Assembly (NCBI GenBank): GCA_016699795.1
Contig: CP065011.1
Span: 12,838-76,837 of the forward strand
Length of the DNA: 64,000 nucleotides
Origin: Candidatus Moraniibacteriota bacterium
GTDB taxonomy: Bacteria; Patescibacteriota; Minisyncoccia; Moranbacterales; GCA-2747515
Direction of reading: 5' to 3'
The position numbers and the translations under genes are program-made. This document shows positions 19,864 to 28,718 of the stretch, piece by piece. Every line of letters begins with the position of its first letter. The first letter of the stretch is position 1. The notes beneath the pieces are model-generated. The model was given only the letters and a program-made list of their open reading frames with translations. It did not search any database and was not told the origin of the DNA.

Positions 19864-20110
19864 ATATTATATTTAACACTCTAATTATTACACAAAATAC
19901 TTACCCCTAGCAAATATGAAATAATATCTTTCCTTATCTTATTTCATATTTTAAATACCTGAACAAATTTCGATCAATTTTTATTTTATTTGAGGATGAA
20001 TTTGATAATCTTATTTACTAAATTTTCCTATTATATAGAGTATCCAAAATAGCTATTAATACAATAACAAAATATACATTTAAGAAAAATATAGAATAGT
20101 ATTCTTTCTT

Positions 20111-20148
20111 GTTTTTTAAGAAAAAGCCTGAACGAAAACCGTTCAGGC
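20111..20148 (-). terminator. Intrinsic terminator (minus strand)
   Basis: Perfect 9-bp stem gcctgaacg/cgttcaggc with 5-nt loop, followed on minus strand by tttttcttaaaaaac. Confidence 0.55.
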
Positions 20149-20487
20149 AAAAGAGAAGAAAAGAAAAATTTTTACATGTATTAATCTTTCATTTCATTCA
20201 AACGATCTATCTGCCGTTGCAGATAATCAACGATAACCCTCCTTGAAAGTGGATGAAGAAGCGACAACCCTTCTCGTATACGATTAACCTCCTCTTCAGC
20301 AAATTACTGCTCCCTAAAACGATCTTGCTGTTCGAACAACATGAGAAAACTCTCCAAAAAAACTAAGGGGTGAAAAAAGAATAAGAAAAAATAGTACTTT
20401 TGTCAAAGTCTATGATAAAAGTATTTCCATTCAAATACAAAAAAACGTATCAAAAGTTTAGCAAAAGATATCCTTATTTTAGATAAG

Positions 20488-20518
20488 AAAATAAAAAACC
20501 CTGCCGTTTTTGACAGGG
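20488..20518 (-). terminator. Intrinsic terminator (minus strand) downstream of interrupted gene
   Basis: Stem ccctgtc/ggcaggg (one G-U) with 6-nt loop followed on minus strand by ttttttatttt; immediately 3' of the ORF ending at 20540. Confidence 0.6.
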
Positions 20519-20539
20519 TCAGTAAAAAATGATTATTTC

Positions 20540-21187
20540 CTATTTATTTTTGATAGACTCCAGTTGACCAAATATAATGTCATCAATTCGATTTTTCGAG
20601 GTCGCTGCCTTCATAAAAATCGTAACTCGATCAATATCTTTGATAACATTTATAAGTATTTCTTTCTTTATATACCTCGCTGAAATCGACTCGAATGCCA
20701 TATCCATAAGGTCTTTATCAGCACGTGCTATACCTATTGCATAGGCTATAAAGCAAGCAATTCCCGGATGTCGCTTATCTATTCGCTGAGAAAAATTCCT
20801 CCATGATATCCTCCATCGGCGCCATTCGGTATCCGAAATATTAACGCGAGAAATACGAAGGAAGAGGGTTATTTTGGCCAATTCATCAACCCATCCCCAC
20901 TGTTGTAAAGAATTTTCTTTCAGAAAAATTCTTTCTATAGATCGTTTGTGATACTTCTGACAATGAGAACATTAATAGTACAAAGCGAGTACATACGCTA
21001 TGTATTCACGCTCAAGGAAGGTTAAAACGAATGGGTCGGATTCACCAGGAGATCCCTCGAAAGCATGTGCATGAAGTTCTTCAAGAATTTCAGCAAATGC
21101 ACTTCCAGGAATCACGGGAGTTTTCATTGTATTAGCCATTGCTCTAGAAAACCTCTTTTGAAAAGAACCAAAGAACGTACCTATCAT
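20540..21187 (-). pseudogene. Gene interrupted by a single in-frame TAA (20972-20974); two ORF-track pieces are one reading frame
   Basis: ORFs 20972..21187 and 20540..20881 share frame; hand translation across the gap shows no other stop (...YVLALYY*CSHCQKYHKRSIERIFLKENSLQQWGWVDELAKITLF...); region is GC-richer than flanks; R-x4-H motif (RIDKRH). Confidence 0.5.
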
Positions 21188-21305
21188 ATACCAAAAGATT
21201 TCTTTTATTCAAGAAAAAATAAATTTACCTATTTTTCAATAAAAATCTAAAAAACATTATTTTTTAATTTCATCAAATCCAAAAAAATTCATTAGAAAAT
21301 AGAAA

Positions 21306-21335
21306 AGCTCAACATTATTATGTTGAGCTTTTTTG
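21306..21335. terminator. Hairpin with flanking T-runs on both strands (bidirectional terminator)
   Basis: Perfect 10-bp stem agctcaacat/atgttgagct, loop tatt, then tttttt (plus) and ttttctatttt (minus). Confidence 0.6.
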
Positions 21336-21362
21336 ATTGTTATACTACTAATCTACTAATCC

Positions 21363-21506
21363 CTAAGATGTCTGATTGTCCCGATTATTATCAGCCTCTT
21401 TCGAAAACTCCCAAGAATTTTCGAGCTCCTTAGTCTCCTCGGATACTTCGAAGAGTTCGTCGTTGAGGATCTTCTCAACGATTTGTTTTTTTCCTACAAC
21501 TTTCAT
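21363..21506 (-). CDS. Small hypothetical acidic protein (47 aa), below ORF-track size cut-off
   Basis: Hand-translated: MKVVGKKQIVEKILNDELFEVSEETKELENSWEFSKEADNNRDNQTS*; GC-richer than surroundings; terminator directly downstream. Confidence 0.35.
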   Translation of the reverse strand: MKVVGKKQIVEKILNDELFEVSEETKELENSWEFSKEADNNRDNQTS

Positions 21507-21688
21507 GACTCTCTCCTCTTTATGAAAAGAAACGTATTCATCGCCTATATGTTACATTTTTCTTGTAACACAAGAAAATAATATAGTATCAATATTTTGT
21601 CAATACTTGCCAAAAATAACATATTGTGTTTCTATACTCTTGTTGAAATTTCAACAAGAGTACTTTTTAAAAAAAGGAGAAGTAAAAA

Positions 21689-21973
21689 ATGATTACATCT
21701 TTAGAAATAAAAGAAGAAATAATGATTCTTGAAATTCGAGAAATTATCAGGGACTGCATTTCTGGAGATCTTGAAAGATTTCCCCTTCTCAAAGAATATC
21801 CAGAAGATGTCGTACATATAGAACTTATATCTTTAAAAATCACCGGTGACGTTCTCTTACAATGGGAAGATAATGCCAATCTTTCTATTTTTATAAAGGA
21901 ATCGTATGGTTGTGATTATGGAATACTCCATCCGGATGAAACCATAGAAGAATTTTGGGATCATGAAAATTAA
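21689..21973 (+). CDS. Hypothetical acidic protein (94 aa)
   Basis: Strong SD aaaaaggagaagt 8 nt upstream of ATG; intrinsic terminator right after stop. Confidence 0.55.
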   Translation: MITSLEIKEEIMILEIREIIRDCISGDLERFPLLKEYPEDVVHIELISLKITGDVLLQWEDNANLSIFIKESYGCDYGILHPDETIEEFWDHEN

Positions 21974-22000
21974 AGTTAAAATCTAAACGTTCTTTGTTTG

Positions 22001-22033
22001 AAGCCACTTTTTTACAAAGTGGCTTTTTTATTT
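22001..22033 (+). terminator. Intrinsic terminator (plus strand)
   Basis: aagccacttt / aaagtggctt stem with 6-nt loop followed by tttttta. Confidence 0.65.
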
Positions 22034-22067
22034 AGGCAAGAATGAAATAGCTATTTATTTTTATTTT

Positions 22068-22105
22068 AAAAAAAGAAACCCCTTACTTTTTCATGTAAGG
22101 GGCTA
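22068..22105 (-). terminator. Intrinsic terminator (minus strand) for 22132..22401
   Basis: Minus-strand reading agccccttacatgaaaaagtaaggggtttcttttttt: 8-bp stem plus T-run. Confidence 0.6.
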
Positions 22106-22131
22106 TTGTATAAGAAGATAGTATCTTCTTA

Positions 22132-22401
22132 TTATTGACGATATAGAGTGGGTCTTTTCATAGAAAATATGTCTTTTTGCGACATAGGGGAACCTCTAAA
22201 AAGTGGCTCCGAGGGACCTTTTTTATCAGACACTCCCCAGGGTAAAGATTTCTTTATTTTCATTGAAATGATTGGTTTCACTTCCAAATGATGATCTTTA
22301 TCAGGAAAGGTATTTTGATCAAATTCTTCAATCACGAGTATTCTCCTCTTTGTAAAGGGTAAAAAAATAGTAGAGAGAATACCCAAAAAAGTCAAATTCA
22401 A
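22132..22401 (-). CDS. Hypothetical small protein (89 aa) with N-terminal hydrophobic segment
   Basis: ORF with own terminator; no motif recognised. Confidence 0.4.
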   Translation of the reverse strand: MNLTFLGILSTIFLPFTKRRILVIEEFDQNTFPDKDHHLEVKPIISMKIKKSLPWGVSDKKGPSEPLFRGSPMSQKDIFSMKRPTLYRQ

Positions 22402-22554
22402 AAGTTAAAATTTATCCCCATTCTCAGCGAAAGAAAGAAGTTGTATGAGCACTGGTCAACGTTTCAAAATTTAAGCTCTACATTAACAAATTTTTCAAAA
22501 ATTAAACTAGGGATTATAAAACATCTCTATCAAAAACGGGAATAGAAAGAAGTT

Positions 22555-24516
22555 TTAAAATTTCTTGGCTAGTTTTCGTAATTCCACAATTTCATCTCTA
22601 AGAAGCATGGCTTTTTCGAATTCCATTCGTCTTGCGGATTCTTTCATTTCTTTTTCTTTCTGAGAAATATGTCGCAATAACTCTTTTTGACTAGAAAAAA
22701 CCAAAGTGTCATTGGGAATTTTTGGGGCAATTTCATGATCTACTATTGATGATATTTCCTTACTAATTGTCGTTGGAGTAATGTTATGATCTTCATTGTA
22801 TTTCTGTTGAATTTTCCTTCGACGATTTGTTTCATCGATAGCTCTTTTCAAAGATCCTGTTAATTTATCCGCGTAAAGAAGAACTCTTCCACGAATATTT
22901 CTTGCTGATCTTCCTATTGTTTGAATAAGTGCTGTTTCACTCCTAAGAAAGCCTTCTTTATCAGCATCAAGTATTGCAACCAAAGAAACTTCAGGAAGAT
23001 CCAAACCTTCACGAAGCAAGTTAACTCCTACAAGTACTTCTATTTTTCCTCTACGGAGGTCTTCCAAAATTTTTATTCTTTCTAGCGTATCTACCCCAGA
23101 ATGAAGATACTCAGCCTTAATTGCATCTTCTTTCAAATATTCGGAAAGATCTTCCGCCATTTTTTTTGTAAGTGTTGTTATAAGAACACGATCACCCCTT
23201 TTTGTTACTTTGACAATTTCTTTCATAACATCATGAACCTGATCCTTGGTTGGACGAACGATAAGTTCAGGATCAATAAGTCCTGTTGGTCGAATGATTT
23301 GTTCTACGACGTTCTCAGAATGAGCTTTTTCATACACAGCGGGTGTTGCACTCGTAAAAATAACATTATGAATATGATCTTCAAATTCTGAAAATCGAAG
23401 GGGTCTATTATCCAAAGCACTTGGGAGACGAAAACCATATTCTATAAGATTCTGTTTCCTAGCACGATCTCCGTGATACATACCTGAAATCTGAGGAACA
23501 CTTACATGAGATTCATCAATAACAAGAAGATAATCATCTCCAAAATAATCCACCAAAGTAAAAGGTGGGTCCCCTGGAGATCTTCCTGTAAAATATCGAG
23601 AATAATTTTCAATACCAGAGCAGTACCCAATTTCTCGAAGCATTTCGATATCTTGTTTCGTTCTATGTGTTATTCTTTCCGCTTCAAGAAATTTTCTATG
23701 TTTCTCAAAATATCCAATTCGTTCTTTTAATTCTTTTTCAATTCCCGAAAGAGCATCATTCATAACCAAATCAGGAACTACGAAATGTTTGGCAGGATAA
23801 AAAAGTATACGATCTCTTTTGGAAATAATATCTCCTGTTAAAAAATCATATTCCACAATTTCTCGGACAATTCCTCCATCAAAACAAACTCGCACTATCG
23901 TTTCATGACTAGGAAGCATAACTTCAATAACTTCTCCACGAACACGAAAAGCTCCTCGAACAAGAAATTCGCTTCTAGAATATTGCATTTCTACTAAACG
24001 TCGTAAAACATCTTCTCTATTTAACTTTTCACCAACACTAATATCGATCATGCTATTCCTATAAAATTCTGGACTTCCCAAGCCATAAATACAGGAAACA
24101 CTAGCAACAACAATAACATCTTTTCGACTCAACACCTCCGCCGTAGCACTATGTCGAAGTCGGTCTATTTCTTCATTAATTTGAGTTTCTTTTTCGATAT
24201 ACGTATCAGTCACACTAATATATGCCTCAGGCTGATAATAATCATAATAAGAAACAAAATATTCCACAGCATTCTTGGGAAAAAACATACGGAACTCAGA
24301 AACAAGTTGTGCAGCAAGTGTTTTATTTGGAGCTATAACTAATGTTGGTTTTTGAATTTTTTGAATAACATTAGCAATGGTAAATGTCTTTCCTGATCCT
24401 GTAACTCCAAGAAGTGTTTGGAATCGATTACCCTTTTTTATACCAGAAATAAGCGATTGTATCGCTTTCGGTTGATCACCAGAGGGTGTGTAATGTGTAG
24501 AAAGTTCAAACTGCAT
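22555..24516 (-). CDS. uvrB: Excinuclease ABC subunit B
   Basis: MQFELSTHYTPSGDQPKAI..., Walker A GVTGSGKT, helicase motifs, C-terminal UVR coiled-coil (MEFEKAMLLRDEIVELRK). Confidence 0.95.
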   Translation of the reverse strand: MQFELSTHYTPSGDQPKAIQSLISGIKKGNRFQTLLGVTGSGKTFTIANVIQKIQKPTLVIAPNKTLAAQLVSEFRMFFPKNAVEYFVSYYDYYQPEAYISVTDTYIEKETQINEEIDRLRHSATAEVLSRKDVIVVASVSCIYGLGSPEFYRNSMIDISVGEKLNREDVLRRLVEMQYSRSEFLVRGAFRVRGEVIEVMLPSHETIVRVCFDGGIVREIVEYDFLTGDIISKRDRILFYPAKHFVVPDLVMNDALSGIEKELKERIGYFEKHRKFLEAERITHRTKQDIEMLREIGYCSGIENYSRYFTGRSPGDPPFTLVDYFGDDYLLVIDESHVSVPQISGMYHGDRARKQNLIEYGFRLPSALDNRPLRFSEFEDHIHNVIFTSATPAVYEKAHSENVVEQIIRPTGLIDPELIVRPTKDQVHDVMKEIVKVTKRGDRVLITTLTKKMAEDLSEYLKEDAIKAEYLHSGVDTLERIKILEDLRRGKIEVLVGVNLLREGLDLPEVSLVAILDADKEGFLRSETALIQTIGRSARNIRGRVLLYADKLTGSLKRAIDETNRRRKIQQKYNEDHNITPTTISKEISSIVDHEIAPKIPNDTLVFSSQKELLRHISQKEKEMKESARRMEFEKAMLLRDEIVELRKLAKKF

Positions 24517-24684
24517 AGTTTTTGGTTCCGAATTGTTTCAAGCCTATTTTGTTACTATAAAAGACTTGTTTCTAAAAAACAAGGAAATGGTATTCAATTT
24601 TAAAAAGATTTTCTAAAATTTTCTTAAAAAAAATCCTCGAAGATTAAGAATCCTCGAGGACTATTCTTTCTTTTTCAGAAAGAT

Positions 24685-26307
24685 TTATTCACATCTCTCT
24701 TTCAAATATTTTTTTGAATATCCAGAAAGAAGAAAAGGAAATGTCGCTAAAATTTGACCATTTTGAGCTCGAAGCGTTGAAACCAGCGCAAGCTGACCAG
24801 AAAGAAAATTTCTCGTAGTCGAAAGTCCGGGACGATAAAAATTTAATGCCCGAATCCGAAGACGATCAATACTCTCTATTATCTCTTGAGGAATTTTGGG
24901 AATACTCTTTCGAATGAAAGTCTCCAACTCCTCGAAAGTCATATCAGCCCACTCTTGAGGAACACTCCATTCAAAATGAGAAAGCGATTGAAGAATCTTC
25001 TCCGGAACATCTTCCGGTATCTGTTCTGAAATAAAAACAGGAACAGGACTTTTAATCAGTCGAGTGATATCTTCACCGAAACTCTCATTTATCATTCGTC
25101 TCTCCCCTTCTGGAAAATGCAACCTCTTTCGATTGGCTCGAATAATAGAAGCCGCAAACCCTACAACAAAAGAAAGAGTGAAAATTCCTCCGTTAGAGCA
25201 CTCATTTACCGGAAAAGGTAGAGCTGCTTCATACGGGCCTCGGGCTCGATTGGTTATCACTACGACACTTTCACTGTGGTGTTGATATGGATACGATCCT
25301 CTTTTATTGAGCAATAAACCCAAAACACCATTAGCAAGAAGGAGGAAAGATCGTAAACGAAATTCCTCTAGAGACATCTCTTGAGAAAGAACATTACAAA
25401 GATCTCTCGAAACAGCGAGAAGCATTTCGTAGCCAGGCTCTGAAATTCCTCCCCAAAGTCGAAACATGCTTTCAGCATAGTCTCGATCAAAATCGATTGT
25501 ACCAATATTCCTTTTTATTTCCTCCGTGATGAATTTAGACAATCCGTCCTCTTTTTTTGCAAAAACTTCTGTTGAAAGGATTTTTCCTTCTCGAGAAAGT
25601 TCTTTTAAAACGGAGTCTGTGAAACCTTCATGGACAACACGCGGGTCAGAAAGTACGAGAGGTTGTTCTAATCCCATGAACAAGAATCCTGATCGAACAT
25701 CGAAAGATACTTGGATAACAGATATCTTGCATGATTCTTTCGGACCAAACTTCTTCCGAGAAAAATCTTGTATAGCATCCGCAATCAATTTCTTTCGAGA
25801 AACATCCTGAAAAAGTCCATTATCAAGAGAAGAAACTCCACAAGACAAAATTTCTTCTTCTCCTTTTGCAGCGCAATAACTATGACTATCTAGAATCACA
25901 AAAGCTCTTCCAAAACGCTCAACACGCTCAAGAATTTCTTGAGTAAAATCTCCTTCTTTAAGGAAGAAACTACCATCTTGTCTACAAAGAGCATCCGAAA
26001 TATCTGCTGCAGGAGTTCGAAAAGAAACAAAGGGTAAACCAAATACTGTTTCCGAAAGAACTCTCCCGTCAATACAGAATACTGGAATTACGGATTCGAT
26101 AGGAAGAAAGAAAATCCTTCTAATGATTGAATCCACCTTTTGCATTCCGATAGATTCAAAATCTGCCACTCTCGCATTTCTTGTTCTCACGAATTCTTCT
26201 ATAAGAAAACGAAGATACTGAATCTCAGGTGATTGAATAGTCCTCCCAAAAAGAGAAGCAAAATTTTCAATGTATCGTGGTATGTTTTTCAAAAAACTAT
26301 CTCCCAA
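24685..26307 (-). CDS. Large hypothetical protein (540 aa), GC-richer than neighbours
   Basis: Long uninterrupted ORF with non-repetitive composition; no motif I can assign. Confidence 0.5.
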   Translation of the reverse strand: MGDSFLKNIPRYIENFASLFGRTIQSPEIQYLRFLIEEFVRTRNARVADFESIGMQKVDSIIRRIFFLPIESVIPVFCIDGRVLSETVFGLPFVSFRTPAADISDALCRQDGSFFLKEGDFTQEILERVERFGRAFVILDSHSYCAAKGEEEILSCGVSSLDNGLFQDVSRKKLIADAIQDFSRKKFGPKESCKISVIQVSFDVRSGFLFMGLEQPLVLSDPRVVHEGFTDSVLKELSREGKILSTEVFAKKEDGLSKFITEEIKRNIGTIDFDRDYAESMFRLWGGISEPGYEMLLAVSRDLCNVLSQEMSLEEFRLRSFLLLANGVLGLLLNKRGSYPYQHHSESVVVITNRARGPYEAALPFPVNECSNGGIFTLSFVVGFAASIIRANRKRLHFPEGERRMINESFGEDITRLIKSPVPVFISEQIPEDVPEKILQSLSHFEWSVPQEWADMTFEELETFIRKSIPKIPQEIIESIDRLRIRALNFYRPGLSTTRNFLSGQLALVSTLRAQNGQILATFPFLLSGYSKKYLKERCE

Positions 26308-26591
26308 AAAAATGTTTGAGGGTATATATACTCATCCAAAAATGAGCCGTGCTGAGTATAAAAGGAAAATTATTTTTCAGCAAGTGTTTGACGCTTTGAA
26401 ATAGAAAATGTCATCCCCTTGCTTTTTCCCGTGCGTATGCTAAATTAAGACCAATCAAGAAAGTCCTCTGATTATCTCGCCTGTTTTTAAATAATAGGAT
26501 TAGATGATCATATGCCGTCGCAAAAGGTTTTCTTGCGTCGTTTTTATTTTTTAAAAACATGTTTCTTAAATAGATAAGCACAATAATCATT

Positions 26592-27191
26592 ATGCGGTAC
26601 GAAATACTCTATCTCATTGGGGAGCCTGATACGGCTAACCTCGAAGTTATCAGCAAAACAGTTGAAGACCAACTTACAAGTCGTGGTGCTATTCTTTCTG
26701 AGGAAAGATGGGAGAATCGAAGAAAACTCGCCTACCCTATCAAACATATTACTCGTGGAACTTTTATAGCTCGAAGATTTGAAATGCCTGAAAAAGAAAT
26801 TGTTTTAGGAAAAAATGATACAGAAGAACCCATATCTTCTCTCCAAAAACAACTCAATCTCATGCCGGAAATTCTTCGTCATATTATCGTTCGAGCTGAC
26901 GAACTTCCCTCTCTCAAGGATTTTTCATCAAGAAAAGAAGAAGAGAAACTCAAACATTCTCAAGAACCAAAATCATCAGCATCTAAAAATGTTAGTGGAA
27001 GAAAATTTGAGAAAAAACCCTTAGAAAAGAAACCTATTTCTTCAGAACCTTTTATTAAAATTGAAAAACAAGAAGAATCTACTCCTGAAAAAACACCATC
27101 AGAAAAAGAGGATATGCCTAAGAGTAAACCTATTTCGGATGATACTACAAAAGAAATAGATGAAAAACTCGACGAAATTCTCAACATGTAA
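26592..27191 (+). CDS. rpsF: 30S ribosomal protein S6 with long acidic/K-rich C-terminal extension
   Basis: MRYEILYLIGEPDTANLEVISKTVEDQL...RWENRRKLAYPIK S6 core; followed by ssb and rpsR (conserved rpsF-ssb-rpsR order). Confidence 0.85.
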   Translation: MRYEILYLIGEPDTANLEVISKTVEDQLTSRGAILSEERWENRRKLAYPIKHITRGTFIARRFEMPEKEIVLGKNDTEEPISSLQKQLNLMPEILRHIIVRADELPSLKDFSSRKEEEKLKHSQEPKSSASKNVSGRKFEKKPLEKKPISSEPFIKIEKQEESTPEKTPSEKEDMPKSKPISDDTTKEIDEKLDEILNM

Positions 27192-27220
27192 ACCAGCTTT
27201 TAGTAGTCTGAAATAAACAT

Positions 27221-27736
27221 ATGAATCTCAACAAAGTTATGCTCGTCGGACGACTCACAAGAGATCCGGAAATCCGCTCTACATCGTCAGGTCAATCAGT
27301 TGGCACCATAGGACTTGCCACCACCTATACATGGACTGATAAAAATGGCCAAAAACAAGAAAAACCAGAATTTCACAATCTCACTCTCTGGGGAAGAACA
27401 GCAGAAATTGCTGGTCAATATCTAACCAAAGGTCAAGAATGTTATTTTGAAGGACGTCTTCAAAGTAGATCTTATACAGGAAAAGATAATGTGGAAAGAA
27501 AAGTTACCGAGATAATCGTCGAGAATATGCAAATGGGATCCAGGCCTCAAGGCTCCGCCCCTCGACCCGCAACAGGACAATCATTTTCTTCAGAGAAGAC
27601 GCCTTCGTATTCGAATCAGGGTGCCCCAACAGGAGCTAAAAGACCTGAAGAAAATAAACCCAGAGATGAAGAAATCCCAACTATCAATCTTGATGATGAA
27701 AAAGATGATATCCGGATCGAAGATGTTCCTTTTTAA
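27221..27736 (+). CDS. ssb: Single-stranded DNA-binding protein
   Basis: OB-fold MNLNKVMLVGRLTRDPEIR...; Gly/Pro/Gln-rich linker; acidic C-terminal tip DDIRIEDVPF. Confidence 0.9.
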   Translation: MNLNKVMLVGRLTRDPEIRSTSSGQSVGTIGLATTYTWTDKNGQKQEKPEFHNLTLWGRTAEIAGQYLTKGQECYFEGRLQSRSYTGKDNVERKVTEIIVENMQMGSRPQGSAPRPATGQSFSSEKTPSYSNQGAPTGAKRPEENKPRDEEIPTINLDDEKDDIRIEDVPF

Positions 27737-27769
27737 TTTTTATTCTCTCATTAATTTAGCTATACCCCT

Positions 27770-27970
27770 ATGAAACAATGTTATTTTTGTTCCAATAAAA
27801 TCGATACTATTGATTATAAAGACGCCTATCTTCTTAGACGCTTTATGAACTCTTTGGGAAAAATTTATCCTCCCAAAAAACATGGTACCTGCGCAAAACA
27901 CCAAAGAAGTCTCACGACATCAATAAAAAGAGCTCGTATTATGGCACTTGTTCCTTTTACAACAAGATAA
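27770..27970 (+). CDS. rpsR: 30S ribosomal protein S18
   Basis: [53 protein letters not shown]. Confidence 0.9.
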   Translation: MKQCYFCSNKIDTIDYKDAYLLRRFMNSLGKIYPPKKHGTCAKHQRSLTTSIKRARIMALVPFTTR

Positions 27971-27979
27971 AAAGAGTAA

Positions 27980-28564
27980 TTGTTTTTTACTACAAATCAA
28001 AAACCTATGCTTTCACTTTCACAAATCAAAGCGGGTAAAAATATTATAGTTGATAATCAACCCTATACTATACTTACCAACGAACATTCTAAAATGGGAA
28101 GAGCGGGTGCTGTTATGAGAACGAAGCTCAAAAGTCTCATTACCGGGTTTCTTATTGAAAAGACATTTCAGGGTGCTGATAAAGTAGACGAGGCTGATAT
28201 CTCCAAGTCAAAAGCTCAATATCTTTATACTGAGGAAGAGAATCTCAATTTTATGGATATGGAAAGCTATGAACAATTTTCCCTCCCCAAAGAAGCTATT
28301 GGAACCTCTAAACAGTTTCTTCTAGAAGGAACTGAGGTTGATATTCTTCAATGGAATGGTCAACCTATCAATGTTGAACTTCCTGTAAAAGTAACGCTAT
28401 TAGTAACTGATGCGCCTCCAGGAATAAAAGGTGATACGGCCTCTGGTGGAGATAAGGTTGTCACGCTCGAAACTGGTGCAACACTCACCGTTCCTCTTTT
28501 TGTAAAATCAGGAGATAAGGTTATTATCAATACCCAAACAGGATATTACGTTTCTCGAGCCTAA
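27980..28564 (+). CDS. efp: Elongation factor P (Arg at the modified-loop position)
   Basis: KOW-like N-domain and two OB domains (LQWNGQPINVELP, GDTASGGDKVVTLETGATLTVPLFV); loop reads SKMGRAG where E. coli has KPGK34GQA; start may be internal ATG at 28007. Confidence 0.85.
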   Translation: MFFTTNQKPMLSLSQIKAGKNIIVDNQPYTILTNEHSKMGRAGAVMRTKLKSLITGFLIEKTFQGADKVDEADISKSKAQYLYTEEENLNFMDMESYEQFSLPKEAIGTSKQFLLEGTEVDILQWNGQPINVELPVKVTLLVTDAPPGIKGDTASGGDKVVTLETGATLTVPLFVKSGDKVIINTQTGYYVSRA

Positions 28565-28718
28565 ATATCTTTTTTATTTTTTTATTCTCTCACTGATCTC
28601 CTTTTATTACAAAATTTAGAAAACTATGAGAGAAAATAAAGATTAACAATACGATTCTTCTACGTAGAAAATCCCCTTTAATAAGGGGATTTTTTGCTAT
28701 AAAACACTCTATGCCAAT

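Noticed and set aside
20972-20974. Possibility that TAA is a sense codon (in-frame TAA seen in two genes: the 20540..21187 gene and comEC)
   Set aside because: Clearly complete genes terminate at TAA exactly where homologues end (dnaE at 1164-1166; nrdD at 48731-48733 after its zinc site; the REC-like gene at 30165-30167). TGA and TAG also end homologous proteins (secA, mreB), so the standard code applies. The interruptions are better explained as nonsense mutations or errors
26544-26747. 67-aa minus-strand ORF overlapping rpsF start
   Set aside because: Antisense to rpsF, which is clearly real
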